Shown: positions 27,095 through 40,300 of the stretch, one piece after another
Layout of the letters: the number at the start of each line of letters is the position of its first letter
Position numbering within the stretch: position 1 is the first letter of the stretch
Assembly: GCF_036321535.1 (NCBI RefSeq)
Contig: NC_087448.1
Location: 8,308,001-8,372,000, forward strand
Direction of reading: 5' to 3'
Length of the DNA stretch: 64,000 nucleotides
DNA from: Camelus dromedarius
Taxonomy: Eukaryota
Notes under the pieces: generated by a model
Databases searched by the model: none
Told to the model about the DNA's origin: nothing
The model's input: the letters and a program-made list of their open reading frames with translations, nothing else
Position numbers and translations under genes: made by a program

Positions 27095-27320
27095 CCCAGT
27101 GAGAAGGCGGTGTGGTCCAGCTAAGACACTATGGTCCAGGAGAACCTCGGACAATTTGCTGAGTCTCCCAGAGACTCAGTTTCCTGATCTGATAAGTGGG
27201 GATAATAACATGGCTTAGCGGTTGGTAAGACTTAGAAATGAGGCACATAAAATACCTGGTGCAGCGTGTGGGAGGCGGCGGGTCACTCAGTCCGTACAGA
27301 CGACTGTCGTTACTGTTAGC
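27095..27320 (+). mobile_element. MIR SINE remnant
   Basis: ggacaatttgctgagtctcccagagactcagtttcctgatctgataagtggggataataa. Confidence 0.7.
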
Positions 27321-27399
27321 ATGCGGTTCTCGCCTAACACCGTTTGCTCTGAGTATTCTATTCAGTTCCAGAAAGTCAGCTCTCATGCACACCCATGGT

Positions 27400-27830
27400 C
27401 CAGTGACCTCACAGCCTTTCCTTCTCGTCCTGCTTTCTGAATCTTAGAAGTGTATTGCTGAATGTCCAGTGGACACGTTCCCAGATATTCTCATGCACAC
27501 AACACCCTTGTCGTGTTAAAAACCAAACACACCCCTCCCCCACCTATTCCCACATAGAAACCAGGCTTTCTCTGCATCTCCAGAAACCTGTACACCGACG
27601 TATAATGCAGCCCCCCTTGGTCCTTCCCAAATCTGATCTGTCTTCAATTCTGTCATTAATTCAGTCTCTTGAATTTCTTTGAATCATCCTCTGCACCCCA
27701 TCCTCATGTCCCTACCCTCAGCACCAGGTCAGTGCTTCCTCAGGCAGAGATCTCTGACTCCTTGATCATATTTGATCACTTTCTCTCTTCTTCCAAGTGC
27801 TTCCACCATAGCTTTCATGTGATCAATGCT
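27400..27830 (+). mobile_element. LINE-2 remnant
   Basis: Pyrimidine-rich, gctgaatgtccagtggacac...catgcacacaacacc...aaaaccaaac, as in L2 3' ORF2/UTR. Confidence 0.55.
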
Positions 27831-30096
27831 TAGCAAATATTTGGGGTGTTATATGTGAAGGTGCATATGTGTGTATGCTCTCATGTACAGAACTGCACAA
27901 CCTCATCCCCAGCAGACACAAATTCATGCTCTCCCCTTCTGCAGATGCCAGTGATCCCTCCCCAGGATACGTGCATGCATATGCACGCTCCTCTTCATTT
28001 TCCAATAGCAGCACATAAAACAACTGGTTTGGAGAAAAAGTTTAGGGAACAAAGGAAGAAAAAAAGTATTTTATAATAATCTAGAATGAGAATTAAGACC
28101 AGGGGGAATAAAACAGCTAAAGGCAAAGCAGGACAAGATATAAAAAAAGTAGCTAAAAAATTAATTGAAAAATATGTATTGTGGTCTTGAAACCAGTTAT
28201 GGCCAAATCAACTAAACAGAGGAGTCTACTGTGTACAACTTCAGGTCTAAATATTCCATATACATCTAAATATATATTATATCCCATATATATTCAATAA
28301 TTCTATATGTGTTTCAAACAATAATTATATTTGGAATAGATACCTGCAGACTAGATACACTATAACAAAAATTAAGATAAAATTATTAATGCTGTTTTAA
28401 TTTATTTATTAACTTACCTTGCTATTGATCAAATGGTTTTTCGTCTTTGATTTTTGAGCTTCATTGGAAGAAAGAAGTATTCAGATCATCTGAAAATTAT
28501 TTGTATTTCAGATTATCTCATTCCTATATCATTGTATATTTTCATCTTCCAGTTCAAATAAGTCATATATGAATGTTGGGCATATAGTCTTTGGAGACAC
28601 ATTCCCATCAAATATTTGTTGCCTTGTCACCTTTGGAGAAAATGAAGGAGACATTGTTCTTCTTGCAAGTCTTGATTTCTGGGGTTAAACGTGCAACCCT
28701 CTTGAAAGCTTTCAGCCAGGGTTTGAAATCGCTGTGTATTTTCTCAGTGTCCAACACAATGACTGCAGTCAGAGAGTCTGGAGGAGCAGCCTGACTCCTT
28801 CCATGCCCTAACTCTGATGACAGGTTTGGACATTGTGAAAAAAACTTTAGTCATTTTGTATTTGACATATTTCTGGTATATTTTTTCAATCCTTTAAATT
28901 TCCTAAATACTTTTAAGTTTCTCAGGATGAGTCTCCCACTTCAAATACTCTCTAGCTTAAAAAAAATATTATTTTTTATTATATTTTATTTCATCACATG
29001 TAACGTCCTAAGCCCTCATTACATTAGCTAGGCAGTTTATTTGAAAAGGACAGCTAATTAATTTCAGTTTGAATTTATAATTTCCCTCTTGAATTTAAAC
29101 AAAGGTTTTCTGTTCACCTGCCCACCATTTAATATGGAAAATAAAAAGAAACATATAAAAGTAAATTTCAGGTGATTCTATACGTAGACATGTTACCTAT
29201 GGGAATGTCAGTTAAAGTGTCTTCAAAGGTCTTAAAACCATCGTGGTTCAGGTATCCACTGTCCAGCAGCCCTGTTGTAGATCCCCTCAACTTCTCACTG
29301 GTCTATGAACACAAAGAAAGAAGAAAAACTCCCAGTAATTCTGAACTAAGGAAGCACCTTGTGTCAAAATCTGTTCAGTTACTTTACGGCCGGTGGGAAT
29401 CTAGTGAGACAAACAGAAAATGTTAGTGCCTGCGTTTCACTTGTACTTGACTGTAAGTCAGAACAGAAGCTCCTGAAGAAGGGAGAGCCCAGGTGACCAT
29501 CAATGACAGAGGCTAAATTCCATGGTGTTAGTGCTCCCATGTGACCCATTTCGAGTTAGCAATGTGACATTACTGAACATGAAACTGGGGAGAGATGCAC
29601 ACAGTTATGGCTCCAGCACACCACCAGTGGGGCCAGCTGTTTTCCACCTCCTTCAATCAAAGATGGCATATACATATATACAGATACGTACATGCACAAG
29701 ATCAAGGTAATAGCAAGACTATATTACTTCTGAAAATTTTAGGGAAGAAGCTGTTTCTTTGCCTTTTCCACATTCTAGAGGCTTCCTGCATTCTTAGACT
29801 TCATGAAAGCTTCTGTGATGATGTCTTCACAATATCCTGTGATGATATCTTCATAATATTCTCTAAATGGATGAAAAACCAATGCATACATTTTGTCTTC
29901 ATGAAGCCAAACTGGTTTAGTTGATTTTTGATCTTGAAGTCGAAGGGTGTGACAGGGGGAGGTAGGCATCCATTTTTGTGATGATGTATCTTAATACATT
30001 GCCATACTTTTCCAGTGATCACGGACTTCTAGAATCATGAAATTGTGAATTAAAAAAAAAAAAGTATTTTAACCTGCTACTGAAGGAGTATCCTCT

Positions 30097-30250
30097 ATAA
30101 TAGAGCGTCTTGAACTTTAATATGGACATTAGTCCGTGTTAAAGACTCAGGTTCTGATTCAGTAGGTCTGGAATGGGGCCCAAGAGTCTGCATTTCTAAA
30201 ACACTCCCAGGAAGCTGCGGGTCCAGGGGCCACACTTGGAGTTCCAAGGC
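30097..30250. mobile_element. MER5A-like hAT-Charlie element
   Basis: gattcagtaggtctggaatggggcccaagagtctgcatttctaaaacactcccaggaagctgcgggtccaggggccacacttgg. Confidence 0.85.
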
Positions 30251-31532
30251 TTCTGAGTGTTCTTGACATTGCTGCCTTGGGAATGGTTCTGTTATAGTCT
30301 CTTCTTTATATTTTGGGAATTCCAACTGTCACATTCAGAAATCAGTAGTTCTTGGATTAAAACCAAACTCAAAATATATATGAAACTTGTCTGATTTTTA
30401 AAAAATATAAACCAAAATGACATTGCAATTGAGGGGAACTTTAAAAAATTGAATGTATCTGATGGATCTGAAGAGTCTTATACTAAATATATCTATAAAT
30501 ATATAACTATATAAACATATGTATATAAGCATATATATACACATATGCACACATATGTATGTGTGTGTTTATATGTCTATATATCCTACATCTATAGTAA
30601 ATAATACAATTGTGAAAATCTCAAGTTATATAATATTTCGTAGCCCTGACAACTTTAACATTTTCTTGTACATCAATTTTTATAACAAAACGAAAAATTG
30701 AAGGGTATAAATTTGGACTGTCCAATAGACGTAACATGAGGCTAAGTGTAATGTTGCGAGCCAGTCTACGTTAAGGAAGTCCGTAGCCAATTTCGAATGC
30801 AGCTTGATTTTAATTGAGTTGAAGTGGTTCATGTCGCTAGCTCTACCTTTAAAGCTGGAGTTACTGATTTTAATATTTAAACTTGACTGCTGCACATACT
30901 GATCACCTTAATTCTCCTTTAATATTTGAAAGTTCTTACTTCGGAGAAAGTCAGCTGAGCAATGGTGATTATAGCGTATCAAAATCCATTGTAAGTAATT
31001 ATTTTAATGACTCTGTACCAACAAGGATACATAGACATTCAGACNNNNNNNNNNNNNNNNNNNNNNNNNNNNNNNNNNNNNNNNNNNNNNNNNNNNNNNN
31101 NNNNNNNNNNNNNNNNNNNNNNNNNNNNNNNNNNNNNNNNNNNNNNNNNNNNNNNNNNNNNNNNNNNNNNNNNNNNNNNNNNNNNNNNNNNNAGGGAAAT
31201 AGAAAGAGAAAGTTGTGGCTTTTCTGTCATGCAGATGAAGTGGAATCAGTTGAAATGTTTTTAATAGAACATTATGTTGAAAGGAGTATAGAGAAGGAAT
31301 AATAGTTATGGAATTTAACTCTCACAATGCAAGAAAGACTAAATAACAATAAAAATTCTAATGAGAATAGAAACTTGCCAGCTGATTTGCTTATCTGCAT
31401 TATGAAGGTCAGTAGTTTCTGCAAGTAAATTTGATGTGCATTTAATTATGTTGATTGACAGTTCTGGAACTTGATTTTGTATTACCCATAAAATAAAGTC
31501 AAGGGCAAAGAAATGGATGTAAGAAAGCATCA

Positions 31533-31546
31533 GTCACCATGGTGAC
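31533..31546. promoter_or_regulatory. Perfect 14-bp palindrome GTCACCATGGTGAC, X-box-like
   Basis: Self-complementary, with a CCATGG core and GTNRCC/GGYNAC halves. Confidence 0.4.
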
Positions 31547-31779
31547 ACAAAACCTTACTAAATATCTGCTTTTCCAATGGGTCTGACATCTCTCAAATTG
31601 TTAGACTTTATCACTTTTATTTATCTCACTTGGTTCTGAACTGAGTCAAATATACAACATAATTAATTCTTTGACCTTGGGCAGTTTATTTCTCATTTCT
31701 GAACAGGAAAATACCTCATTCACAGAACTGCATTTTTTTACAGCAAATCTCTATAGAACACTTATGATGCAAATGTTGT

Positions 31780-32690
31780 TGTAAGTGCTCATTTATGATA
31801 ACTTTTGGAGTAGCCAGGATTTTACTGATGGGAAGACTGAGGCACGGAGAGGTTTAAGTACCTTGCTCAGGGCCACAGAGCTTGTAAGTGGTAAGTTTCA
31901 GCTCCACACAGTTTGGCTGTTGCCGTCTGCAGGGTCATGAAGCCACATGAACTCACATATGTGGACGCATAGAGTCAGCAGCAGGGCTTCAAGGCATCTT
32001 TCTTCTCTTCCTATTTACTGAGAACAGGTGAGGCCCATGCACAGTGGCACTACTCTCTGGGCGGTTGGTGCCCAGGGGTGTGACCCAGTGGTTTGTCCTC
32101 AGGCAGTCAGTTTCTGTCCATTGGTCCACTTTTCTCTCCTCCTGCTGCTGCCCAGGGCCTTCAGCCTCTATTCTCTCTTTTAATATATTTCCTACCACAC
32201 TGTGGGCAGTAGCTCCCAGAATGGGCTTTAAACAGATGTGGGTACAGAGCCTGGCTCTGCTGTGTACTTGCTGTGTGGTCTTGGACAAATGACTGAATCT
32301 CTCTGAACTCACTGGCAGAAGTGAGTAATCCTGTCTCATTGTGTAGGGCTGTGGTGGAGATGGACAGAGATGAAATAAATAACATACTTAGAGTATGCAT
32401 TACATGGTAGCTATTATAATCATAGTAATTACTTGAATGCCTTAATTATTTCACCTCAGTGTAGGCAGTAGACTTGGACCAGATTTGGATCCAAATTGTG
32501 TTTCACCTTCAATACTTGTGGGACAGTGAGAAAGTTATTTAACTTCTCTGAGCTTCAGTTTCCTTCTCAATAAAATTACAGTAACTTCCTAGAGCTATTA
32601 TGACATTAAATGACTTAATTCATGTAAATCACCTATGACAGCTCCAGGCATATAATAATTATAAACATAGACATCAATTATTATTATTTG
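31780..32690. mobile_element. Cluster of MIR remnants (antisense about 31780-31920; sense about 32260-32420 and 32460-32690)
   Basis: gggaagactgaggcacggagaggtttaagtaccttgctcagggccacagagc; ttggacaaatgactgaatctctctgaac; gaaagttatttaacttctctgagcttcagtttcctt. Confidence 0.75.
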
Positions 32691-32719
32691 TAGTATAATT
32701 TTCAATAAATTATTTATGC

Positions 32720-33040
32720 AAAGGGTACAAAATTTCAGTTATAGAAGATAACTTCTGTCTGTCTGCCATACAGCCAGCGCCTATAGCTAGCAACACGCTG
32801 TTGTGTATTTAAAATTTGGTAAGAGGATAGATCTTATGTTGTGTTCTTACCACAAATAATAATAATAATAATTATAGAGGAGTCAAGAAGAAGCTTTGGG
32901 AGGTGGCGGATATGTTTATGGTCTTGATGATGGTGGCGCTTTCCTGGGTATATATTTATCCCCAAACTCACTAAGTTGTATACATTCAGTATATACCACT
33001 TTTTTATGTCAACCATACCTCAATAAAGTGGTTTAAAACA
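32720..33040 (+). mobile_element. L1MB-like 3' end (sense), with AATAAA
   Basis: aaagggtacaaaatttcagttatag...gatagatcttatgttgtgttcttaccacaa...gtcaaccatacctcaataaagtggtttaaaa. Confidence 0.85.
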
Positions 33041-33505
33041 TAAAAGTCATTTAAATAAATAATTTACATAAGTAACAAAGCCAACAAATAAGTAGATCTT
33101 AGGTTTTGCCCACTTTTCCAGTTTACGATGATCTCTAAAGTGCTTTCATCTGCAGTTAACTTTTTCTCTTAATAGAATAAAGCAATACTTGTTCTGTGGT
33201 TTCAGCTTTCCAGAAAGAATTTCTCCATTCAGTCAGCATTAAGGATCAAAGTTTCTTAACTAACCAGGGAAAATTAAGATATAAACTTTACACAGTGAAG
33301 TGAAATGTATTTTCCGCTTTTAGCCAGAAGTCTCTGAAACCGTCTCCCCAGTTATTTTTTAGCTGCCTGAAGAAAAAGACCCCTTTGCTCGGACTGTTCT
33401 GCAGTGACACTCCTCAGGCTGTCTTAGAAGTCCTGCTCCGCGCAGCAGCAGGTCCCCAGGACGCGGCAGATGGAGGTCTGAGCAGCTAATGATGTTTAGT
33501 CGTAG

Positions 33506-33718
<213 letters not shown>

Positions 33719-33889
33719 TGACCCTCGGCCGGGGAGAGTGCCTTCGATAAGTCAGAACATTCATTTCATTTCATTACTTACTTGACTTTGACCGAAGGTG
33801 ATTCACTGTCTGCTTCTGAAGTATTTCCCTTGGTCTCGGTGATGCCCGATTTGTTTCCTGTCCCGCGGGGCCTGAGTGATCGGCCCACA

Positions 33890-33903
33890 GTTGCTGTGGC
33901 AAC
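33890..33903. promoter_or_regulatory. RFX X-box-like motif GTTGCTGTGGCAAC
   Basis: Perfect GTTGC and GCAAC inverted half-sites with a 4-nt spacer, about 210 nt downstream of exon 11. Confidence 0.5.
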
Positions 33904-35249
33904 CCTTGTCCGGGGTGTGTGTGGCCATCTGGCTGTTTTCCTGTCCATCCCTCCATTCTTCTCCTTTGTCATGTTGTGTTAGTCTGTTTCCTACCAAGTG
34001 TAAGCGAGCACAGATTCAGAACGCTGTAAATGAGCACGTCAGCGCGGCAGGACCAAGGAGGGGCCGGGAAGGAAATGGAAATCGGTTCCAAAATCTGATG
34101 TGTCACAACCCGTGCTAAAGATGTCAAGGCAGGGACAGGTGGCTTTAGTGATTACATAAGCACTTCCCAGCACCCTCTGTACCATCCTAGAATGTTTTAA
34201 TAGTACTTCTTATTGATGGGGTAACATTGTTAATGTTTGATTCTCAAAATATTTTTTAAGGATTTCTAGAGACGACTGTTTTTTCAGTGTGAAAAATTAT
34301 TTCTAAAATATATCTTAGAATTCAGTGGTTATGTATTTATGAAAAAACTGATTGACATACACCTGTTTAGAAACCCTTTCATCATCTAAGTGAGGTATGC
34401 ATATCCAGCTGTGCTACACTTCAAGAAATCCAATATGTGAAAAAGAAAACTTAAAAAGCAGAAAAATTGCAATTTGATTATTTTATTACAAAAGCGCTTT
34501 TCACATAGAAAATAAATTTGCCTTATAGTTGGGTTCTCTTATTACCCAGAATTCTCTCAGTGCATTTGAAAATGGATTGGGTTAATAAAAATTCAATCCA
34601 CCCACACATATACTTTTCAGAAAAAGAATTGATGGTATACAGCTATTGAATATAAACATCTAAGCGGGTATCAAGAAACTTTCAAGGAGTCATTTATGAG
34701 TTCTTCTTTTTGTAGAAGTTTGTTTCCTGGAGGAAACTATCATTAGTACAGAACTTTCTCTGGGGTAGAGTCTACTGTGTTGTGTGTGGAGTTTGCAGTT
34801 TAGCAAGAAATATACAGTAAACAATAACAAGTTTTTTTGTGCTGTGGAGAACCAATAACAGGGCTCATGAAGAAATGATGTCCAGCCCAAAACTTGAAAA
34901 TGGGTACAATTTGCTGCAAATCCAGCACAAGAAAGCTTGGATTTTCATTAAAAGCAGAAGGAAACACACTTGCAGGTGAATTTCTAATGCAGGGGTGGGA
35001 CTTCACGGACTCCCCATCAAGTGGTTTCTGTCTGTTTCCATCCAGCTAGGAGGCAAGGTCGCCATCCAGCCTGAGGATGAGGCAGTAAAGTGGGAAGCTT
35101 GTGGAGAAAGGAGAGAGGAAATGGGTGTGGGGCAGAATTCAAAAAAGCTAATTACAGATACATCAAATGCAACACTGAGGATTGAGACTACAAATTTATA
35201 GTGACGCCAATTGAGACAGCTCTGTGACTTTTTTAGGCCTAGCATGAAG

Positions 35250-36120
35250 AGGGGAAATGCAACATTTAGATTGGTCCAGCTTTAGAGTTTTTTCAGGCTG
35301 GTGGAGCTGAGAGACAAGGGATCCGGGAATATGGGTGGTTGGCAAAGGAGTTGAAATGATGACCCTGTGGTCTAGGTTGGATAGGAAAAGAGGGGGAAAA
35401 AAGAGAATGAAAGAGCAAAAATGAAGGATCAGAGGTCTCAAATGGTTAAAGAACAGGTACAATTAAAGGGATGGGATATGAGAGCTGGGAGGTAAGGTCA
35501 TGAGCAGAGAATGGGATCCAGGATTTAGGATTTCAGAATAATTCAAGGGAATTAAATACAAAATCTAGAGTGTTATATGGATGTGGGTGGCTAAAAGTGA
35601 ATGACAAAGTCAAGGTAAAAATGGTGGGGAACTGCGAAGGTAAGGTGTTGGCTGGATTTTCACAAAGACCCAGGTCATGGAGCATGAGGCCAGTTCTTTG
35701 GAAAGGAGTGGAGGCCGGGGCTGTGGAAGTGACTGACGGAGAGGTGAGTGGAGGGCAGCCACAGGGGGCACGTGTACGAGGATGTTTTCACCTGAGGGAG
35801 TTTGTCTCCCGGGGGCACTGGGGAGTAACCGATGGGGCGCTCTTCCTCATCCACACGTTATCCTCCATGGCCATATGGGCACTGCAGCATCTGGAAAGGG
35901 TGGTGGGGGAAGTGGTGCATTTGGGACAAAACCAGTGGAGGCAAGGACGTAGGAAGCAGACTCTGTGAGCGAAGATTTGAGAGTGAAGGAGAAATTGTTT
36001 AACACGGAAAAAGAAACCAAAGTTAGTTCAAGGATCCAGGTGGAATGGGGTAGGAAGATGAGGTGAAAGAATTGTACAATAGTATTAGAAGCAGAGGTTA
36101 AAAGGCTGATGACCAAAGTG
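35250..36120 (-). mobile_element. LINE-2 remnant (antisense)
   Basis: Purine-rich tract with ggttgaaatgatgaccc, gaagtgactgacggagaggtgagtgg and aggatccaggtgg motifs typical of antisense L2. Confidence 0.55.
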
Positions 36121-36649
36121 CCTGGAATAAAAGCAGAAATGGCTACTCGTGGTTGAGATTATGCCATTCCCTCTGGGAGAAGCAGTCTGTATCTGCTCCC
36201 TGGATATTAGAGATTCCACTAACATTTCTTTAGTAGCCCAGCCCAGGGTGGGTACTCAGTCATGCTGAATCAGTCCTATAGAACAAATACACAGGCCACT
36301 CACTGGGAATAGAAGAATAGAACGAAATCCTCCAGTAAATTTTACCTAATTTCTTCATGTACAAGTTGATCTCTTTCCTAATGTGTTTATATGTGTTAGC
36401 TGATTTATGATCATGCTGTAAGAATTTCCAACAAAACTTCAAATATTTTAATATTACAGAATTCACTGATACTATGTAAGTGTCTAGGGGTAGTTGAAAA
36501 ATCCTTGTCATTTTTCTTTTTTTAATTAAAAAATCAGAAATAGAGGATTCTATAGTAAAATCCACTATGTATTATGTTGCAATTAATTATTGCCCCCTTC
36601 CCAAACCACTGAAAGAAAATTTGATTTTAATAAACTGCATAGTATAGAT

Positions 36650-36805
36650 GGGGAGGGTCTAGCTCAAGTGGTAGAGCACATGCTTAGCATGCACGAGGTC
36701 CTGGGTTCAGTCCTCAGTATCTCCTCTATAAACAAACAAACAAACAAACCTGATTACCTCCCTCCCCTACCAAAAAAAATAATAAAATAAATATTAAAAA
36801 AAAAG
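36650..36805 (+). mobile_element. Vic-1-type camelid SINE, long form
   Basis: GGGGAGGGTCTAGCTCAAGTGGTAGAGCACATGCTTAGCATGCACGAGGTCCTGGGTTCAGTCC..., (AAAC)n spacer, cctgattacctccctcccc, A tail. Diverged TSD taataaactgcatagt / taataaactacatggt. Confidence 0.92.
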
Positions 36806-37134
36806 AATCCTTAAAAATTAAAAATAATAAACTACATGGTGGTGATTTAGTTCACTTAAAAATATTTATATAGACATGACTTTTTTATTCATGAGCTACT
36901 GAAACATTCAGAATTTGCTCCACATCTAATGATTGATTTGGGGGCATCTGAGTTTCCCAAAGCGTGTTTGCACTTTATTCACATCAGATTGTCTCTTCTC
37001 TTTGTGGCAGAAACTTGTACACGAGCCGAAGTAGTTTGTTTCAAATAAGAGTGGATAAGTCATTTTAATAACACTTAATGTTTTATAAAATATTCTCTTT
37101 TTAAAAAGTTGGTAAAGGTGGTCTGAGTTTAAGG

Positions 37135-37300
37135 CAGAAGTCAACAGACTTGTCCTGGAAGAGCCGGAGAGTAAACATTGCAGGCTCTTCAGGCCACATG
37201 CCCCCTGCTTCAATCACTCAACTCTGCTGCTTTTGTGCAAAGGAGAAAATGGTCTCAGAATGGTTGTTCCAGTGAAGCTTTATTTATGAAAATAAGCAAG
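37135..37300 (+). mobile_element. MER58A-like hAT-Charlie remnant
   Basis: gagtaaacattgcaggctcttcaggccac...actcaactctgctgc...gttgttccagtgaagctttatttatgaaaa. Confidence 0.8.
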
Positions 37301-40300
37301 GAACTTTATGTTGGTTTAAGCTGTAGAAACATAGAGTGTGTCAGCTAACATCCCCATATGTTAAATTCAAATATAGTTAAACTAACAACATAATAGTTAC
37401 CATTTTTTTTTTGGAGGTTCCATTATGTTGCCAAGTGCTTTAAAAGAATTCATTATCTCATTTAATCCTCAAAATGGCTGTAATAACAGCAATTCAAGTT
37501 TATGGACAATAATGATACAGTATTTAAGGTAATAGAATTATGTAATATTTTGGAAAATTTGTCTTTAAAATAGATCACAGGAGGCCATGAGCTTTCAGAG
37601 AAGTAATTTCTTGAGTTCCCACATATTCTGGAGTAAATTACTTTGAAAATTCAAAAGAAACCAGTTTACCCATTAGGAGTCAGCTTACAGTCTAAAAAAC
37701 ATCCTTTAAGCATAAATTAAGCTGCTTAGCTTCTGTTGTGATGCTGGGGACATGTTCTGTTACTTTGGATTAATTAACCTAAATTTAGAATTAGTTAAGA
37801 AACAGGAAAAACTTTTCTTTGTTTCCTATGCTATGCATAAACACAAGGAGGTAAAGATTTACTTTCTTTTGTAGAAGTTTTCATTTTGATCTAAGATAAT
37901 CCATTGTTATTTATATTATACGTAAAATCACATTGTCTTAATGAACATAATTATATTTCAAAATACATAGTTTCATTTTCTTAATGAATAATATAATGAA
38001 TACTTTCCTATTGTGTAAAAATGTATAAACGTATCTGTATATCCACTAGACTGTACACTTAGCAGAAACTTATCAGCACGGCATTATACACAGAAAATGA
38101 ACAGTTTTAAGAAAATTCCTCTTTTAAGAAACTCACAAATTGGCAGGAGAGAGAACAATGAAGTGAGCAGTTTGAACAGCATGTCTCTGTTGCACTTCGG
38201 ATCAAGAGAGACGTTTACCTTGTTTAGAACTCTGGGGTGTCTCTTTGATTTCCTGTTTTTTCTGTGATTGTTACGTGTTTGAAGCAGAAAGGCTTTCATA
38301 AAAGCATGGACTCATTTTGCCATCTTACAGGAAGTCATCTTTTCTAGAAAACTGATTTCTCTGTTCCTCTGAAGACACTTGGCTTTATGATATTTGTTAA
38401 AATGAAATTAAGTGAAAGAGCCATTCATTTTAGTTCCAACAAAACCTGACACCCATATTTCAGCTCATTAATCACAAGAAATGACTGAATTCTGAAAGTA
38501 ACTCATCTTGCTATACCAGCAGTCTTTCATATTTTCATCAAATTTAGTTCCATTTTCTGGGAAACTTTAATTAAATAAGTTTCTTCTGACTGTAACTTTT
38601 TCATGTGTTTATAAAGGATTTGGGCAGTATCTTGTTAGGTGAAAAATAATAGAATAATGACATTTTTCAGCAATTCAGTGATCCATCTAAGTTTGCTCTA
38701 TAACCGTCTAGAATACTGATGGTACCTGATAAACTAAGAGCAGGTGATTTACAGACACCTCTGGAACAATGCCGGTAATCATTTACTTGGATGTTATTTA
38801 ATCTGAATCTCATTTAGAATAGGGTTACCTGAATTGGGTTTCTTGTGATTTTTGTCCTGTAATCTTCTTCTGTGTTAAATATGCATTCATTTTCTCATGA
38901 ATATCCACTATGTTTCTGTGAAATTATGAAATAGAGTCTGCAACACAAATCTTGGATAACATATTTCAAGTATCTTTGCACATATGGGCAGTATCTCTTT
39001 TTTCCATTTTATCTTCTCAGACCTGTGTGGCACAATCAGCTCATTTATAATTTGTCACCTATAAATGTTCATACATTACTCATTGAATTAAAAGGGCAGA
39101 ACAATTTCCATTGCTCCATTTATATTAAGCATGTCATTGTCCATTCAGTTACTTTTCTCCTGAGCTTCAGAAACTTGGCAATCATCTCGTTGTCTTACCT
39201 GCTAGCCTTATAAATCCAATTACAAGTTCTTTTGGAAAATAAGTATTTTAAATGAATTTCTTGCACTTTTCATTCTTAAAAAAAAAACAATCTTTTCACA
39301 AGCTACATGCTTTCAACCTCAGAGCAAATATAATAATGTTTCTTAGAATAGTAACTCCTTTCATTTTTATTTATTCAATTAAATTAATTTAATTTAATTT
39401 CATTTTAATTAAATCTGCATTCCTTGGTTGATAATTTTCTTGAGGACTAGATTTGTTTTGGTATATATTAAATGGCATACATATTATGAGATGAAAATTT
39501 GGAAAATAAATATGAAAAATATAGTGTTTAAAGAACTCATATAACCTGCATTCCTGAAAATACTAGTTTCTATGGTGACAACAAACCTAATTTAAGTGTA
39601 CAGCATGAATTCTCAACTCTAAGGGGATAACAGTTATTCTTGGAGAGGCCAAAAGAAACTTACTCTTTCTACGTATAAAGTAGATGCGGAGCTGTGGAGT
39701 ATATGAACACATTTAGAACGTATCTGTGCCAAAAAATTCCTTATGGTGTGGTGATTAGAAACAAAATACCTAAAAAGACTCCTTGGTGGGGGAGGGGGTT
39801 AAAAAAAAGATTGCAAAACACTGATTTAGGAAAATTGTAAGAAGAAAGAAATATTATAGTTTTTTCGTGTATTGTTTTCAGGTTTTTTTCTAGTCATGCG
39901 ACAAAAATGTTTATGGAGAGTTTATTATACTCTTACAAATCTTGCCTTCACCCTTAAAAAGACAACTTTCAGCTTGTAAGCGCCCACAGATGGTGTGATG
40001 TTCCCTGATTCGATACAGAGGAAAGGTCCCACTGTGACCTTCTTGATGTGGGGGCAGCAGAGTTAGAGGCCAAGGCCGTGGAGTGCTCCCGGGCCAGGAG
40101 GGATGGGAGGAAGCCCTCCATCCCACAGGCTGCAACGCTGACTGCTTACAATTTGCAGAAAACCTCTAGACACATGGTCAGGTGATGCTTATGGGGAGCC
40201 CTTCCAGGTAGCTGGGTTCTGCAGACAGCCCGCTGGCCTTCTCCCTTTTATATGGCCGGCAGCGTGACTGTAGTTAGTTCTACCCCGTCCAGCAACCGTC

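Noticed and set aside
27717-27736. RE1/NRSE-like CTCAGCACCAGGTCAGTGCT
   Set aside because: The spacer is 1 nt rather than the canonical 2, the right half is mismatched (GGTCAG vs GGACAG), and it lies in an L2 remnant.
29813-30085. GTGATGA C-box motifs suggesting a C/D snoRNA
   Set aside because: No suitably placed CTGA D box with a terminal stem; the motifs are explained by a tandem duplication.
36650-36725. tRNA-Ala-like sequences (also 18050-18125 and 62071-62146) as tRNA genes
   Set aside because: They have A-rich tails and TSDs (the 36650 and 62071 copies also have a tRNA-unrelated 3' module), and the acceptor stems are broken; these are SINEs.
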